Positions 32,353-42,457 of a DNA stretch of 64,000 nt are shown here, in pieces. The notes under the pieces were generated by a model that was given only the letters and a program-made list of their open reading frames with translations, had not been told where the DNA came from and did not search any database. The stretch covers positions 32,001 to 96,000 of the forward strand of contig CAXXSM010000070.1 of assembly GCA_963663405.2 (NCBI GenBank), given 5' to 3'. Each line of letters opens with the position of its first letter. Position 1 is the first letter of the stretch. Source of the DNA: a bacterium. GTDB lineage: Bacteria; Hinthialibacterota; Hinthialibacteria; Hinthialibacterales; Hinthialibacteraceae. Position numbers and translations under genes: made by a program.

Positions 32353-33219
32353 TCAACTGCGCCAGGGATTATCCAAATAGACCATGTTAGTCCTGATTTT
32401 TTTCTTTGAAACTGGAGAGGCGGGAACGGATTGAGCGTGTGTGATATGAGGGCGGATCTGTTCGCATTTGTGAATCAGGTCTTCCCGGACCGCCGCAAGG
32501 GAATGTTGCTGGCGGTTCAGGGAATTAATATTTTCTTGACTCGTTTCAAGGGTTTGGACGCATTTTTGAAGCATCTCTTTGATTTTCTCTGTGTCATTGG
32601 GGATAGAGATCGCTCCGGTGGTGTCTGTAAATTGGATTTCTAAATGAGCCAGTGTGTCGCGCACCTGTTTGATTCGGTCTCTGTCCTGAAGCCGGATCGA
32701 AATTTCTGTGATAAGACTGCTGACCGCAGTAATATGACGAACCTGCAAGTCCCGGTACGTATGGACGATCTCTTCCCAGCATTTGCTAAGATGGATCCGG
32801 TAATACAAGGATTGATGGATGTCAGGGAGGAGTATTTTTATAGAGTCAATTAATTCAGGAGGGTAATAGAATTGATTTTTCTCGTCTATGACATACAGAA
32901 AATCAGAGAGGGTTTCTGGTCGTTCGAATTGCGTGATTGAAGTGTCTAGCGATGAATTCGTTTCTTGAGCGCGTTTAATTTTATTATCGATGGTACCCAG
33001 CGCATAACGGGCTTCACTGGCCACCAACATATTCGTGTGTATGGTTTCCAGGTTTTGTTGTCTGGTTTTTATATCCAAGGCGCCCTCTTCGTGCATTTGA
33101 TCCGCGTAATCACTTGTAGAGGCGCTGGAGCGGTCGATGAAGTGATAGATTTCAATGGCTTCGCTGTCGAATAAGAGCGATCGTATATCATCAGGCCATT
33201 CGAGTTGTGGATTGTTCAT
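32353..33219 (-). CDS. Hypothetical all-helical / coiled-coil protein
   Basis: 288-aa ORF with an ATGA overlap with the upstream gene. Confidence 0.7.
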   Translation of the reverse strand: MNNPQLEWPDDIRSLLFDSEAIEIYHFIDRSSASTSDYADQMHEEGALDIKTRQQNLETIHTNMLVASEARYALGTIDNKIKRAQETNSSLDTSITQFERPETLSDFLYVIDEKNQFYYPPELIDSIKILLPDIHQSLYYRIHLSKCWEEIVHTYRDLQVRHITAVSSLITEISIRLQDRDRIKQVRDTLAHLEIQFTDTTGAISIPNDTEKIKEMLQKCVQTLETSQENINSLNRQQHSLAAVREDLIHKCEQIRPHITHAQSVPASPVSKKKIRTNMVYLDNPWRS

Positions 33220-34565
33220 TTGCCATTATTTCCTTTAACGATATCTCGAATTGTCTCTAGAAGTTCTTCTTTTGCGAAAGGTTTGCGAAGAAAACGTGTT
33301 TTATGATCGAGAGGGAAGTACTCATTGACCGTTTCTTCGTTGTTGAGTGTGCTGTGGAATATCAGCCTGGCGTCAGGTTTTCTCTCCCGGATTCGAATGG
33401 CGACTTTCAATTCCGTAATCATCAATCCAAAGATATCAAGGAGGAAGACATCAATGTCCTGAAGATCGAGGGTCGCCAAGGACTGTTCCAATTCAATGAT
33501 GTTTCGGAAGAGAAGAGTTTGATGGCCAACTTCTTCTAAAATCGTTTGAATAAAATCGCAGATGCGAGGTTGGTAATCGAATAAAAGAATTTTAAGCGTT
33601 TCTGGATGTTGAACAGGTTGATAAGGATCGAGTTTCGCGTCGCGAAGAGAGACCAAAGGAAGCGGCCATTGCAGACGTTGTAGTGGAACTTGCATCGAAG
33701 CGATTACACTTTTTCCATTTGTGTTGGAAAGGATCAATTCTCCACCCCAGTTGTGCACAAGCGCTTGAGATGATTGAAGGGCCAGATCGTATAAAAAAGA
33801 ATTCATTCCACAACGCAAGGATAAACTACAGGTTTTCGATTGATCTTCTGGGGCCTCTGATTCAATTGGCTGCACTTCGATGGAGATGAGAATATTTTGT
33901 TGGTACGCCTTGTTTTTCTGGGTGGAATTTTGTTTGGCGGGCGTGATATGAACGACTACTTCTTTTTGGGTTGTGGTGATACGATCGAGCGCGACGACCA
34001 GTAGAAAGAGAATTACTTCTTTGAGCCCCGGATCGGGCACTTCAAAGACGGGGAGTGATGGATCGGTTTGGAGCCGGACGGTACAATCCGGTTGAAACAA
34101 GGTATGGCATATTGAGATAATATCGGCGATAAAGCAGAACGCGTCGGAATTTTTCTTGATAAACGCCCCGTTTTCCGAGAGAGTGAGAATTGTATTCATG
34201 AGCGTTTGGGAATCGAGGCAACATTGGAGAGCGCGTTCCAGATAGCTTTCCACTTTTTCGGAGTTGGATGAAAATCGTTTCGCCAAGGTGGTCAAACCGA
34301 CAATGCCTGTCGATAGATTGTTCACCTTGTGCATGAATTTTCGAGAGAGAACACCTAGGATCGCGCAATGCAGGATTTCTCGAAGTTCGTTTTCGGAAGA
34401 GGGGAGCGGGCCAATCCCGTCCGGGGGATATGGTTGAAGGCACGGAGCTCCACGTATGCTGAAACCGGCTTCGATTACATTTTCCGTTTGAGTGGTTCGA
34501 TGAAAATCGACACCGGTGATATCATTGCAGTTCGTACGCATTTCTTCCATAATGACCTTTTGCAC
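33216..34565 (-). CDS. Degenerate hybrid histidine kinase / response regulator
   Basis: H-box-like FMHKVNNLSTGIVG, eroded HATPase, receiver ILLFD..DVFLLDI..FLRKPF. Confidence 0.75.
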   Translation of the reverse strand: MQKVIMEEMRTNCNDITGVDFHRTTQTENVIEAGFSIRGAPCLQPYPPDGIGPLPSSENELREILHCAILGVLSRKFMHKVNNLSTGIVGLTTLAKRFSSNSEKVESYLERALQCCLDSQTLMNTILTLSENGAFIKKNSDAFCFIADIISICHTLFQPDCTVRLQTDPSLPVFEVPDPGLKEVILFLLVVALDRITTTQKEVVVHITPAKQNSTQKNKAYQQNILISIEVQPIESEAPEDQSKTCSLSLRCGMNSFLYDLALQSSQALVHNWGGELILSNTNGKSVIASMQVPLQRLQWPLPLVSLRDAKLDPYQPVQHPETLKILLFDYQPRICDFIQTILEEVGHQTLLFRNIIELEQSLATLDLQDIDVFLLDIFGLMITELKVAIRIRERKPDARLIFHSTLNNEETVNEYFPLDHKTRFLRKPFAKEELLETIRDIVKGNNGK

Positions 34566-35114
34566 CTTTCATACAAATGAGGTTTTTCTTAACCTCATGC
34601 AACGCAATGGGCGAAAATTACACGCAGCCAATAACAAATAATGAATCGTAGAAAGAAATAGGCGCTGAAGTATCACGATGGAGTATAAAAAATGATTGAA
34701 TGCGAATGCGTGGACTGCTCATGGTTCGTATCCTCCGTGATACTGTAGGCCCAACATCCTTGCTGGGTTTAATGTTCCCACCTTCCATCGGATCGGGAAC
34801 GATCTGTGTGTGTGTTCGCCGTATTAAAACGAATTTGGAATTCCCTAGCTCATCCTGGAGCCAGCGATGTGAATCCCCATATTAACAATTTCAGTAGTAA
34901 AACTTTATCGGAATTATCGACCGTTCAAAAACGAACTTAAGTTTATCATTATTTAACTTATATTCAAGATAATTTTATAAAAAAGTTCCCCACGGAGAAA
35001 AGCGTTTATCTTTTTGGAGGAAAACTGCGATTTTTCTCTTTTAATATGTGAATATCAGGCTGTAACGCTCTTTCTTTCTATTTTGTGGAATTGGGTAGTT
35101 TCTCTGTGAAATTA

Positions 35115-36011
35115 TTAATCGAAGCGGGTGATTCCTTCTTCGATCGCGATTTGTTTAGCTTCGATCACTTCGGTGATTGTGACGGGCCGGTTGATCTTTG
35201 GAACGGTGGAGGCCTGCCAACAGGGATGGTATTGGCCCATGATATTGACGAATGTTTTTGGGGAGATTTCCCGCGCCAAAAAACGCATGGCTTGACGGGT
35301 TCCCGCCAGGCCATTTGGAAGCACGAGATGACGGATTAAAAGCCCGCGTTGCGCTACGCCTTTCGTATCGATTTTCAGATCGCCCACTTGACGGCGCATT
35401 TCAGCGATGGCTTTTTGGTTGATCTCTGGATACTCGGCTGCGCCGGAGAGCTGCGCCGCTGTTGTTGGATCGCTGTATTTCATGTCGGGCATATAGATAT
35501 CCACAATACCATCTAACAGGAGTAAAGTTTCAACGGATTCGTAACCGCCGCAGTTATACACGATTGGCAGTTGGAATCCGTTTTCGGCGGCGATCGCAAG
35601 GGCGTCCAGGATTTGGGGGACGACATGCGTTGGAGTGACAAGGTTGAGATTATGGCAGCCCGTTTCTTGAAGTGTCAATGCGAGAGAGGCGAGGACGGGC
35701 GCGTCGTGGGGGGCGCCTTCCTGGAGATGGCTCAAGGTGTAATTTTGGCAGAAGACGCAGCTAAGATTGCAGCCGGAGAAGAAGATCGTTCCCGAACCGC
35801 GAGTTCCGCTTAAGCATTGTTCCTCTCCATGATGGGGGAATGCGGATGATACAATCGCTTGCGAACCGGTTCCACATTGACCGGTTTCGTTCTGAAGGCG
35901 TAGAGCGCCGCATTCGTGGGGACAAAGACGGCAGGGGGACATCCGCTCCCTCGCGAGACGGGCGCGTTCTTTTAGGAGATGGGGATCGAGTGTGGAATTT
36001 GAGGATGTCAC
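35115..36011 (-). CDS. pflX: Radical SAM protein, PflX family
   Basis: CRLCPHEC, HHGEE..GSGTIFFSGCNLSCVFCQN, DIYMPDMKY, RHLVLP. Confidence 0.85.
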   Translation of the reverse strand: MTSSNSTLDPHLLKERARLARERMSPCRLCPHECGALRLQNETGQCGTGSQAIVSSAFPHHGEEQCLSGTRGSGTIFFSGCNLSCVFCQNYTLSHLQEGAPHDAPVLASLALTLQETGCHNLNLVTPTHVVPQILDALAIAAENGFQLPIVYNCGGYESVETLLLLDGIVDIYMPDMKYSDPTTAAQLSGAAEYPEINQKAIAEMRRQVGDLKIDTKGVAQRGLLIRHLVLPNGLAGTRQAMRFLAREISPKTFVNIMGQYHPCWQASTVPKINRPVTITEVIEAKQIAIEEGITRFD

Positions 36012-36026
36012 GATTAATCCCTTTTG

Positions 36027-36698
36027 TCAGCCTAATCCATCGAGATCTTTTAGAAGATGTTTATAGGGTTTAAAAGCGGCTTGGAAGCCCGGCGTTTCGG
36101 AGCGGACCAGCCGATGCAGATCGACAAGGGTGTCGATATCGTACCAGGGGGGCAGCATTTTCATCGATAAACCCAGCACCATCGCTTTCGCCAACGTTCG
36201 TTCATACACTTCAGGCGTGGACCAAGGGATTTCTTTGAAGAGTTCCGGTCTCGAATTTTTTAATCCGATCAGATAATAGCCTCCATCCGATGAGGGGCCA
36301 ATGACGGCTTCGTTTTCTTTGAAAGAGTCAATCGATCGTTGGATGTAATCAAGAGGAAGATCGGGACTGTCGGAACCGAGGGCGATTACATTCTTATATT
36401 CAGGAAGTAATCGACTGAACGCATGTATAAATCGTTCTCCCAAAACGCCGTCACATTGAGGAAGAAATTGAAACTGCTCTCCAAGCCACGATCGAAACAG
36501 GGATTCGTCCTGTGAGGGAGAAAAGTAGATGATACAGTCTTTTTTTGATATTTTTCGGATGCGTTGCAGAGTGATTTCCGTGAAAGCGCTATAAAGTTTT
36601 GTAGCGGTTTCGTCTCCTATCCGATTGGCCAATCGTGTTTTGACCGTTCCCGGATGGGGGTATTTGGCGAAAATCAGGAGGGCGGTTTGGTCATTCAT
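36027..36698 (-). CDS. DUF2064 / TIGR04282-type glycosyltransferase (CofC-like)
   Basis: IFAKYPHPGTVKTRL, LGERF, GSDSPDL, IGPSSDGGYYLIG, IPWST, WYDIDT; likely start MNDQT (track start 36734). Confidence 0.88.
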   Translation of the reverse strand: MNDQTALLIFAKYPHPGTVKTRLANRIGDETATKLYSAFTEITLQRIRKISKKDCIIYFSPSQDESLFRSWLGEQFQFLPQCDGVLGERFIHAFSRLLPEYKNVIALGSDSPDLPLDYIQRSIDSFKENEAVIGPSSDGGYYLIGLKNSRPELFKEIPWSTPEVYERTLAKAMVLGLSMKMLPPWYDIDTLVDLHRLVRSETPGFQAAFKPYKHLLKDLDGLG

Positions 36699-36894
36699 GG
36701 AAGAAACCTGCCATTCAGATAATTGTAAGGACAAAACAACATAGCCCTTGACGCCAGCCTCCCTCCTTTTTCGTTCATTCCATCTTCTCTAATATTATGT
36801 TTAGAGAAGGCTAGAATAGGTGAATCGGCTTTTTGCCTTTTCGATTGATTTAGGAGTTATATTACACTTATTGTGATAAATTACAATATACTTA

Positions 36895-37902
36895 ATGCAA
36901 TTTCAATCTACGAAGGATTTGACTCGAAGGAGTGATATATTAATGATTCACTTTTGGAAGAAACAAGTTATGGGTTTTTTTATTTGCAGAAACCGTATTT
37001 TGTTGGGTTTGGGAATCTATTTTTTATTCGTTCTTCATTTCAACGCGCAAAGCCGTGTTTATCCGGAACCGCCTGTATTGTTGACACCGGTGGATGGGGG
37101 ATTGTATCAGTTTCCGGGAGTGGGGGGGCTGATTCATTTTTCCTGGGAGCCGGTCAGTGGCGCGGCCGCGTATGAGTTTAACGCGCGTGTTGGATTGCGG
37201 CCTGTGGCGCCGGTGGTTACGGAGGATGTTTCAGTTCAATTGGATTTGAGATTGAAGGAGAGTGATAGCGAGGCGGTAGTGAGCTGGAGCGTTCGTTCGA
37301 TTCAGAACGATGTGAAGGCGGATACCGTGTCCATTTTTTCATTTACTTTTGGTGAGAAAGGCGTTCCTCTTCCAGGAGTGACTCCCGTTCCTACAGCAAT
37401 TCCAACAGCGGCGCCTGGGCCGCTTCCGGCGCCCCAGCTCCTCTCTCCGGAAGATGGAGCGATGTTTGGTGTTTTGGATGGGCTGAGGGGGATTCAGTTC
37501 GAATGGGGAGAGGTGACCGGTGCGGCGCGGTATCTCTTTATTGTGTATCAAGATAATGTTCCTCTATATGAGAGGCAGTTGCAATCCACGCAGAGCACAG
37601 AGCGAATCTCCACGTCACTTCAAGATATTTTTCAATGGGACGCCCGCGCCATCGATTCAAATGAAACCGTTGGCTCCGCAGGACCGCGTTTTTCTTTCAC
37701 GGTTGGATCGGAGCTGCCGACACCGACACCGGTTCCACTCAATCCCGATGTGAATCAGGACGGCGCGATCAGCGCGGCGGATCTGTACTACTTTGCGCAG
37801 ATTTACCGGACGAACGATCCTAGTGGAGATTTCGATAATTCGGGTTTGATCGATCAGAATGATTTGCTGCGTTTTGTGGATCTGTATTTCGGGGGACGGT
37901 GA
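36895..37902 (+). CDS. Secreted protein with two Ig/Fn3-like repeats, PT linkers and a C-terminal dockerin-like EF-hand pair
   Basis: Repeats PxLLxPxDG..FxWxxVxGAxxY; DVNQDGAISAADL..DFDNSGLIDQNDL; true start probably further downstream. Confidence 0.8.
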   Translation: MQFQSTKDLTRRSDILMIHFWKKQVMGFFICRNRILLGLGIYFLFVLHFNAQSRVYPEPPVLLTPVDGGLYQFPGVGGLIHFSWEPVSGAAAYEFNARVGLRPVAPVVTEDVSVQLDLRLKESDSEAVVSWSVRSIQNDVKADTVSIFSFTFGEKGVPLPGVTPVPTAIPTAAPGPLPAPQLLSPEDGAMFGVLDGLRGIQFEWGEVTGAARYLFIVYQDNVPLYERQLQSTQSTERISTSLQDIFQWDARAIDSNETVGSAGPRFSFTVGSELPTPTPVPLNPDVNQDGAISAADLYYFAQIYRTNDPSGDFDNSGLIDQNDLLRFVDLYFGGR

Positions 37903-37966
37903 TGGTTGTAGAGTAAAAAGGGGGATTGAGTATGATAACTAGTTCTATCTGGATTAAGGATTGATC

Positions 37967-38014
37967 TTGTGATTAGCATTGAATTATCATAAAATAATAT
38001 GATTATTCAATGCT
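37967..38014 (+). promoter_or_regulatory. TA promoter with overlapping operator palindrome
   Basis: TTGTGA(37967)-17 bp-TAAAAT(37990); 17-bp arms AGCATTGAATTATCATA / TATGATTATTCAATGCT with 1 mismatch. Confidence 0.7.
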
Positions 38015-38034
38015 TGTAGTATGGAGATCGAACC

Positions 38035-38307
38035 ATGTTTCGAGTCGAAAATATTTGTTCTTTAACCGAATTCCAGCGAAACATCAAAGAGTACATGAAA
38101 CGATTAAAGGAAACCGGTCAACCTGAAATTCTTACAGTCAATGGAAAAGCGGAACTAGTTGTTCAAGACGCCGAGGCCTATCAAAACATCCTAGACCTTG
38201 TCGATCGGGTTGAAGCGATAAACGGTATCCGACGTGGATTAGAAGATATCGAAGAAGGACGAACCCATAAAGCGGAAGATGTCCATGAGGAACTTCGCAG
38301 GATGTGA
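38035..38307 (+). CDS. Phd/YefM family antitoxin
   Basis: SLTEFQRN..LKETGQPEILTVNGKAELVVQDAEAYQ. Confidence 0.9.
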   Translation: MFRVENICSLTEFQRNIKEYMKRLKETGQPEILTVNGKAELVVQDAEAYQNILDLVDRVEAINGIRRGLEDIEEGRTHKAEDVHEELRRM

Positions 38308-38624
38308 TGGAATATCGCATTGAATATACCGATACCGCGAAAATAGAACTTAAAAATGCTTTTGAATGGATTCGAGAGCAATCCCCATTTCATGCGGAAA
38401 TTTGGCGTGAAGGAATTATCGATGCTGTTTCTTCGCTAATTGCATTCCCTGAAAGATGTCCGATTGCGCCAGAGAACAATGTTTTTGATGACGAGATCCG
38501 TCAATTGCTCTATGGAAAAAGACATCGTACTTACCGAATTCTTTTTACAATTAAAAAAGACATTATCTGGATACTTCACATTCGGCATGGCTTCCGTCAA
38601 CGTCTTGGAAAAAAGGAAAAATGA
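38304..38624 (+). CDS. RelE/ParE family toxin
   Basis: YRIEYTDTAKIEL..FPERCPIAPE..IRQLLYG..YRILF..ILHIRHG; overlaps the antitoxin. Confidence 0.9.
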   Translation: MMEYRIEYTDTAKIELKNAFEWIREQSPFHAEIWREGIIDAVSSLIAFPERCPIAPENNVFDDEIRQLLYGKRHRTYRILFTIKKDIIWILHIRHGFRQRLGKKEK

Positions 38625-38629
38625 ATTAA

Positions 38630-39205
38630 GTGACAGTCGCAAAAGTCAGCGAGGAATCTGTTAGGAAGATACAAATGAATAAAAGAGATGAAGCAATAAT
38701 ATTTGATCGAGAAAGAAAATATTTAGAGGCCATTAAGTCTTATGAAGGTTTCTTCGAAGAAGATAATCCTGATCGTGAAGATTACTTTAATTTGATTGCT
38801 TTATATCATGAGATACAAGATCCAGGTATGTACCTTATTGGCAAAGATGATTTGCACGCTTACCAAAGAGAATTTGAATTGTTGGATGAATTAGAACGAA
38901 AATATGGTAAACAAACAGAAATTGATTTTTGGAGACGCTATACAGATTGGGTACGTTTAGGAGAGGAATTTGACGAGTGTGAGGAGCTAGCTAAGCGTGG
39001 CGATTCATTAATTCCCTTTTTTTTCCTTATGAGCACAACAGTCGATATTGAAGAAAAGAAAAAGTATTTACCAGAGTGCAAAGTGCTTTATGAACAAGTT
39101 AAGGATTGCAGTACAACATACAAGAGAATTATTGAATCTTTATTGAAGTCATCATTTGATGAAATTGAGCGTGCAGATAGAGGAGATAAGAGATTATTTT
39201 TATAG
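38630..39205 (+). CDS. Hypothetical acidic helical protein
   Basis: 191-aa AT-rich ORF immediately after the toxin. Confidence 0.65.
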   Translation: MTVAKVSEESVRKIQMNKRDEAIIFDRERKYLEAIKSYEGFFEEDNPDREDYFNLIALYHEIQDPGMYLIGKDDLHAYQREFELLDELERKYGKQTEIDFWRRYTDWVRLGEEFDECEELAKRGDSLIPFFFLMSTTVDIEEKKKYLPECKVLYEQVKDCSTTYKRIIESLLKSSFDEIERADRGDKRLFL

Positions 39206-39301
39206 AATCAGTAATTTCATTATCACCAAATGCAATAAAGAAAAAAGATAGATTGAAAAACTCAGATTATACCCGCGTTCAGTATAAAATGGTGAGTATT
39301 T

Positions 39302-41008
39302 TTATTCGTTTGGCAGATTCTCTCCCAACAAATCAAGTTTGCGGTAATTGATTCCAGCCGCGTTGAGACGTTTGAGGTGTAACTGAAGGCGGTTTATGAA
39401 CTGGCTGTAATTGCGGGCTTCTTTTGGTGTCCATATTGTTTCGATTAGGGCGCAGCCGCGGGGGTATGTCATGTATTCGCGGTGGCGTTCGACAGGGATG
39501 TATTCACCCCAGAGTTGGCCCTGACCGCCAATAATATGCTGACTTTGCTCCTCATTTAGTTCATCGGGAACCGGTTCGAATGTGTAGACTTTATCAAGTG
39601 TGATGACGCTGGAGCCGATCGCTTTGGGCTCCGTTGCGCTCTGGGCGTAATCGAAATAAGTATGCGATGTGGGCGCCATGACCACATCATGACCGGATTT
39701 GGCGGCTTTGATACCTCCTGACATGCCACGCCAGCTCATCACCGTCGCTCCCTCCGCCAGACCGCCTTGCAGGATCTCATCCCAGCCGACCATCTTTCGG
39801 CCGCGCTTGGTTATGTGCGCGTCTATTTGTTTGATAAACCAACTGTGCAGTTCGTGGACATCGGCGAGATCGTGTTCTTTCATCAGTTCCTGCATTTCCG
39901 TTACTTCAGCCCAACTGTCGGCGTGAGCTTCGTCACCTCCGATGTGGATATGAGGACTGGGAAAGAGTCCAATCACTTCGTCGAGAACATTTTTCATGAA
40001 AGCGACTGTATAGGATCTGGGCACGACTAAGTTGCCTGCTTTGGCGCGGCGCTGGTCAACAGGCAGCTTCGCCAGCGTGTCTGGATCGAAGCCCAGTTTG
40101 GGATAGGCCGTGATCGCCGCGCCCGCGTGAAAGGGCATTTCGATCTCAGGGACAAGAGTGACATAGCGTTCCGCGCCGTAACGGACCAATTCACGGATAT
40201 CATCTTGCGTGTAGTATCCCCCGTAGATTCTGCCCAGGTCGTTTTTTTCGCTCATTGAGTTGTGCCAGCAAGAACCGATTTCGGTGAGTAAGGGGTATTT
40301 CTTGATTTCGATGCGCCATCCCTGCCCATCGGTGAAGTGGATTTGCAGCCGGTTGAATTTATGCGACGCCATCGCGTCAATGTAGCGCATCACGTCATGT
40401 TTTGGAATAAAATGACGGGCTGGATCGATGAGCAGGCCGCGCCATTGAAAGCGGGGGTAATCGACAATCGAGACGCACGGAACAGTCCACTCGATATTCT
40501 TAACGGGCGCATGACGGAAGATATCCGGGGGGAGCAATTGGCGAAGAGTCTGATTGCCGTAGAACAATCCCGCTGGTTGATACGCTTTCAATTCGATCCG
40601 GTTGGCTTGGATGTCGAGAGAATAGCCTTCATCACCCAACTGATCTTTCAACGATTTGTCAATCGATAGAACGATTACGTTTTTCTCTCGTGAGGGAGCG
40701 CTGAGTAGCTCTAAGCGAAAGCCCATCGCCGGGGCGAGAGTGTTGATTAGTTTTTCCGCTTCTGGCGCCGCTTCGCCGCCCGCAATAATTTGTGTATCCG
40801 GTTGAATTGAAAAAGAGCCGTTGCGAACGAGCATTTGAACCGGTTGAGGAATAATCGAAGGAGGCGCCGGATCGGTCTTGGATTGGGTAATTAGGGCAAA
40901 AGCCTGTGTTGATTCTCCGGCTGATGTATGAATTGGCGCTCCAGCCAGTTGTGAAAAGATGAATCCAAGTGTGAAGAATGCGATCAAGGTGTTTTTCGGA
41001 ACGATCAT
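39302..41008 (-). CDS. Beta-N-acetylhexosaminidase (GH20)
   Basis: DYPRFQWRG..DPARHF, HFTDGQGWR, PEIEMP, HIGGDEA, GWDEI, YFDY. Confidence 0.93.
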   Translation of the reverse strand: MIVPKNTLIAFFTLGFIFSQLAGAPIHTSAGESTQAFALITQSKTDPAPPSIIPQPVQMLVRNGSFSIQPDTQIIAGGEAAPEAEKLINTLAPAMGFRLELLSAPSREKNVIVLSIDKSLKDQLGDEGYSLDIQANRIELKAYQPAGLFYGNQTLRQLLPPDIFRHAPVKNIEWTVPCVSIVDYPRFQWRGLLIDPARHFIPKHDVMRYIDAMASHKFNRLQIHFTDGQGWRIEIKKYPLLTEIGSCWHNSMSEKNDLGRIYGGYYTQDDIRELVRYGAERYVTLVPEIEMPFHAGAAITAYPKLGFDPDTLAKLPVDQRRAKAGNLVVPRSYTVAFMKNVLDEVIGLFPSPHIHIGGDEAHADSWAEVTEMQELMKEHDLADVHELHSWFIKQIDAHITKRGRKMVGWDEILQGGLAEGATVMSWRGMSGGIKAAKSGHDVVMAPTSHTYFDYAQSATEPKAIGSSVITLDKVYTFEPVPDELNEEQSQHIIGGQGQLWGEYIPVERHREYMTYPRGCALIETIWTPKEARNYSQFINRLQLHLKRLNAAGINYRKLDLLGENLPNE

Positions 41009-41077
41009 GACAACTCTCCTTTCGGATCGATGAAAGAGATAGGAATTAACCGCAAGAAGATGGGAATGCGTGTATCA

Positions 41078-42457
41078 TTAGAGTTTGTTTAAAAACGTTT
41101 TGAGTTCTTCCCCTTGGATGTCCCGTGCGATGATTTTTCCTCTTTTATTGATTACGACAACTGTGGGAACGCGGTGGACACCGTAGTCGAATGCGATGCC
41201 GGATTGGGGGTAGCCTTCGTCCCATAGAACCGGGAGAGTGATTTTACTGTTTTCAATGTAACGCTGGCCGATGGTTTTGGCGCTGTCGAGATTGATTCCG
41301 ATGCAGTCGATATTTTTCTTGTCCGCCATTGTTTTATAGAGTTCTTCCATTTCCCATAAGGCTTTTTCGGCGGGTTCCCACCAGAGCGCCCAGAAGAGAA
41401 GCACGGTGGGCTTTTTCTTTTCTAAAGGGAACCGGACAAGTTTTTCCTGCATTGTGACGCCTGAAAACGCGGGCGCTTCTTCAGCGAGATCCGCATTCCG
41501 GCGGTTTGCATCGAATCGCATATTGTAGCGGTGTTTGAGAACCAGGTCTTTGGCGGTTTCCCGGAGGAACTGAATCGGCGCGCGTTCAGAGAATGAGATG
41601 ACCGATTGGAGAATTTTCTCTTCTTCGACCGGGCCGGCGATTGTTAATTGTTCTTTATAGTTAAGAAAAGTGGAGACATATTGACGGATGTCCGGCAGGC
41701 GGTCGAGGGGGAAGCGGTTGGCTTGTTTGAGTTGGCTGTCCACCGTTAGATTGATATGAAAGGCGCCTTCGGGGGAATCCATTTTCATTTGGGAACTGGT
41801 TCGAGAGATGGAGGGAAGGCGGGAGCGTTTCTCGAAGTGGATTTCATGTTCTTGATAAGTAAGGATGACGGGGGGCGCGTCTTGTAATTGGAGAGTGTTC
41901 ATCAAACCCGCTCCGATTAAAACGGATTCATCATTCTCGCCTGTGTTCCGGGCGATTAGCGTATAGCGGCCATCGCTGGATTCGCCCAAACCTACGTAGA
42001 TGGGGAGATTTGATTCCGTGCGCACATCCGGAGGGAGCGCAGTATCGGGCAGGGGAGGGAAATGGATCATGGGGGTCCATCCCGTTCCCAATTCAGCGCG
42101 TTCGGTTGTTTCGCCGCGGAGTTCCCCTTTCGAGGTGATGGAGAACTGGTAGGCTTCCCGGTTTTCGATGGTGATGGGAATTTCCTGTCCTTCCAAGATC
42201 CGATTTTTCAGGCGGCTGACGCCCAGAATCGGCCAGGCGCCGGATTGCGCCTCATTTAGAACCACGAAGCGGGATTCGATCGTGCGCGTGCTCTCTTCGG
42301 AATAGGGGCCTTCGATCAAGAGGTCCATTTGGGTTTCAAAAAGAAGTTCCATGCCCGGACGTAATCCATACGAAAGAGAGATGGGCTGCGCATTCGCTAC
42401 TGAGGAGATCCATGTGAGACATATATATAGAGAAGCGATTTGATGTCGAATGTTCAT
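41078..42457 (-). CDS. Secreted protein with a C-terminal TlpA/redoxin-like domain lacking CxxC
   Basis: APAFSG..VLLFWALWWEPA..IGINLD..YGVHRVPTVVVINKRGKI. Confidence 0.8.
   Translation of the reverse strand: MNIRHQIASLYICLTWISSVANAQPISLSYGLRPGMELLFETQMDLLIEGPYSEESTRTIESRFVVLNEAQSGAWPILGVSRLKNRILEGQEIPITIENREAYQFSITSKGELRGETTERAELGTGWTPMIHFPPLPDTALPPDVRTESNLPIYVGLGESSDGRYTLIARNTGENDESVLIGAGLMNTLQLQDAPPVILTYQEHEIHFEKRSRLPSISRTSSQMKMDSPEGAFHINLTVDSQLKQANRFPLDRLPDIRQYVSTFLNYKEQLTIAGPVEEEKILQSVISFSERAPIQFLRETAKDLVLKHRYNMRFDANRRNADLAEEAPAFSGVTMQEKLVRFPLEKKKPTVLLFWALWWEPAEKALWEMEELYKTMADKKNIDCIGINLDSAKTIGQRYIENSKITLPVLWDEGYPQSGIAFDYGVHRVPTVVVINKRGKIIARDIQGEELKTFLNKL

Noticed and set aside
34735-34870. 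Possible riboswitch upstream of the pseudo-kinase
   Set aside because: Hairpins are present but I could not match the consensus of any known riboswitch class by eye
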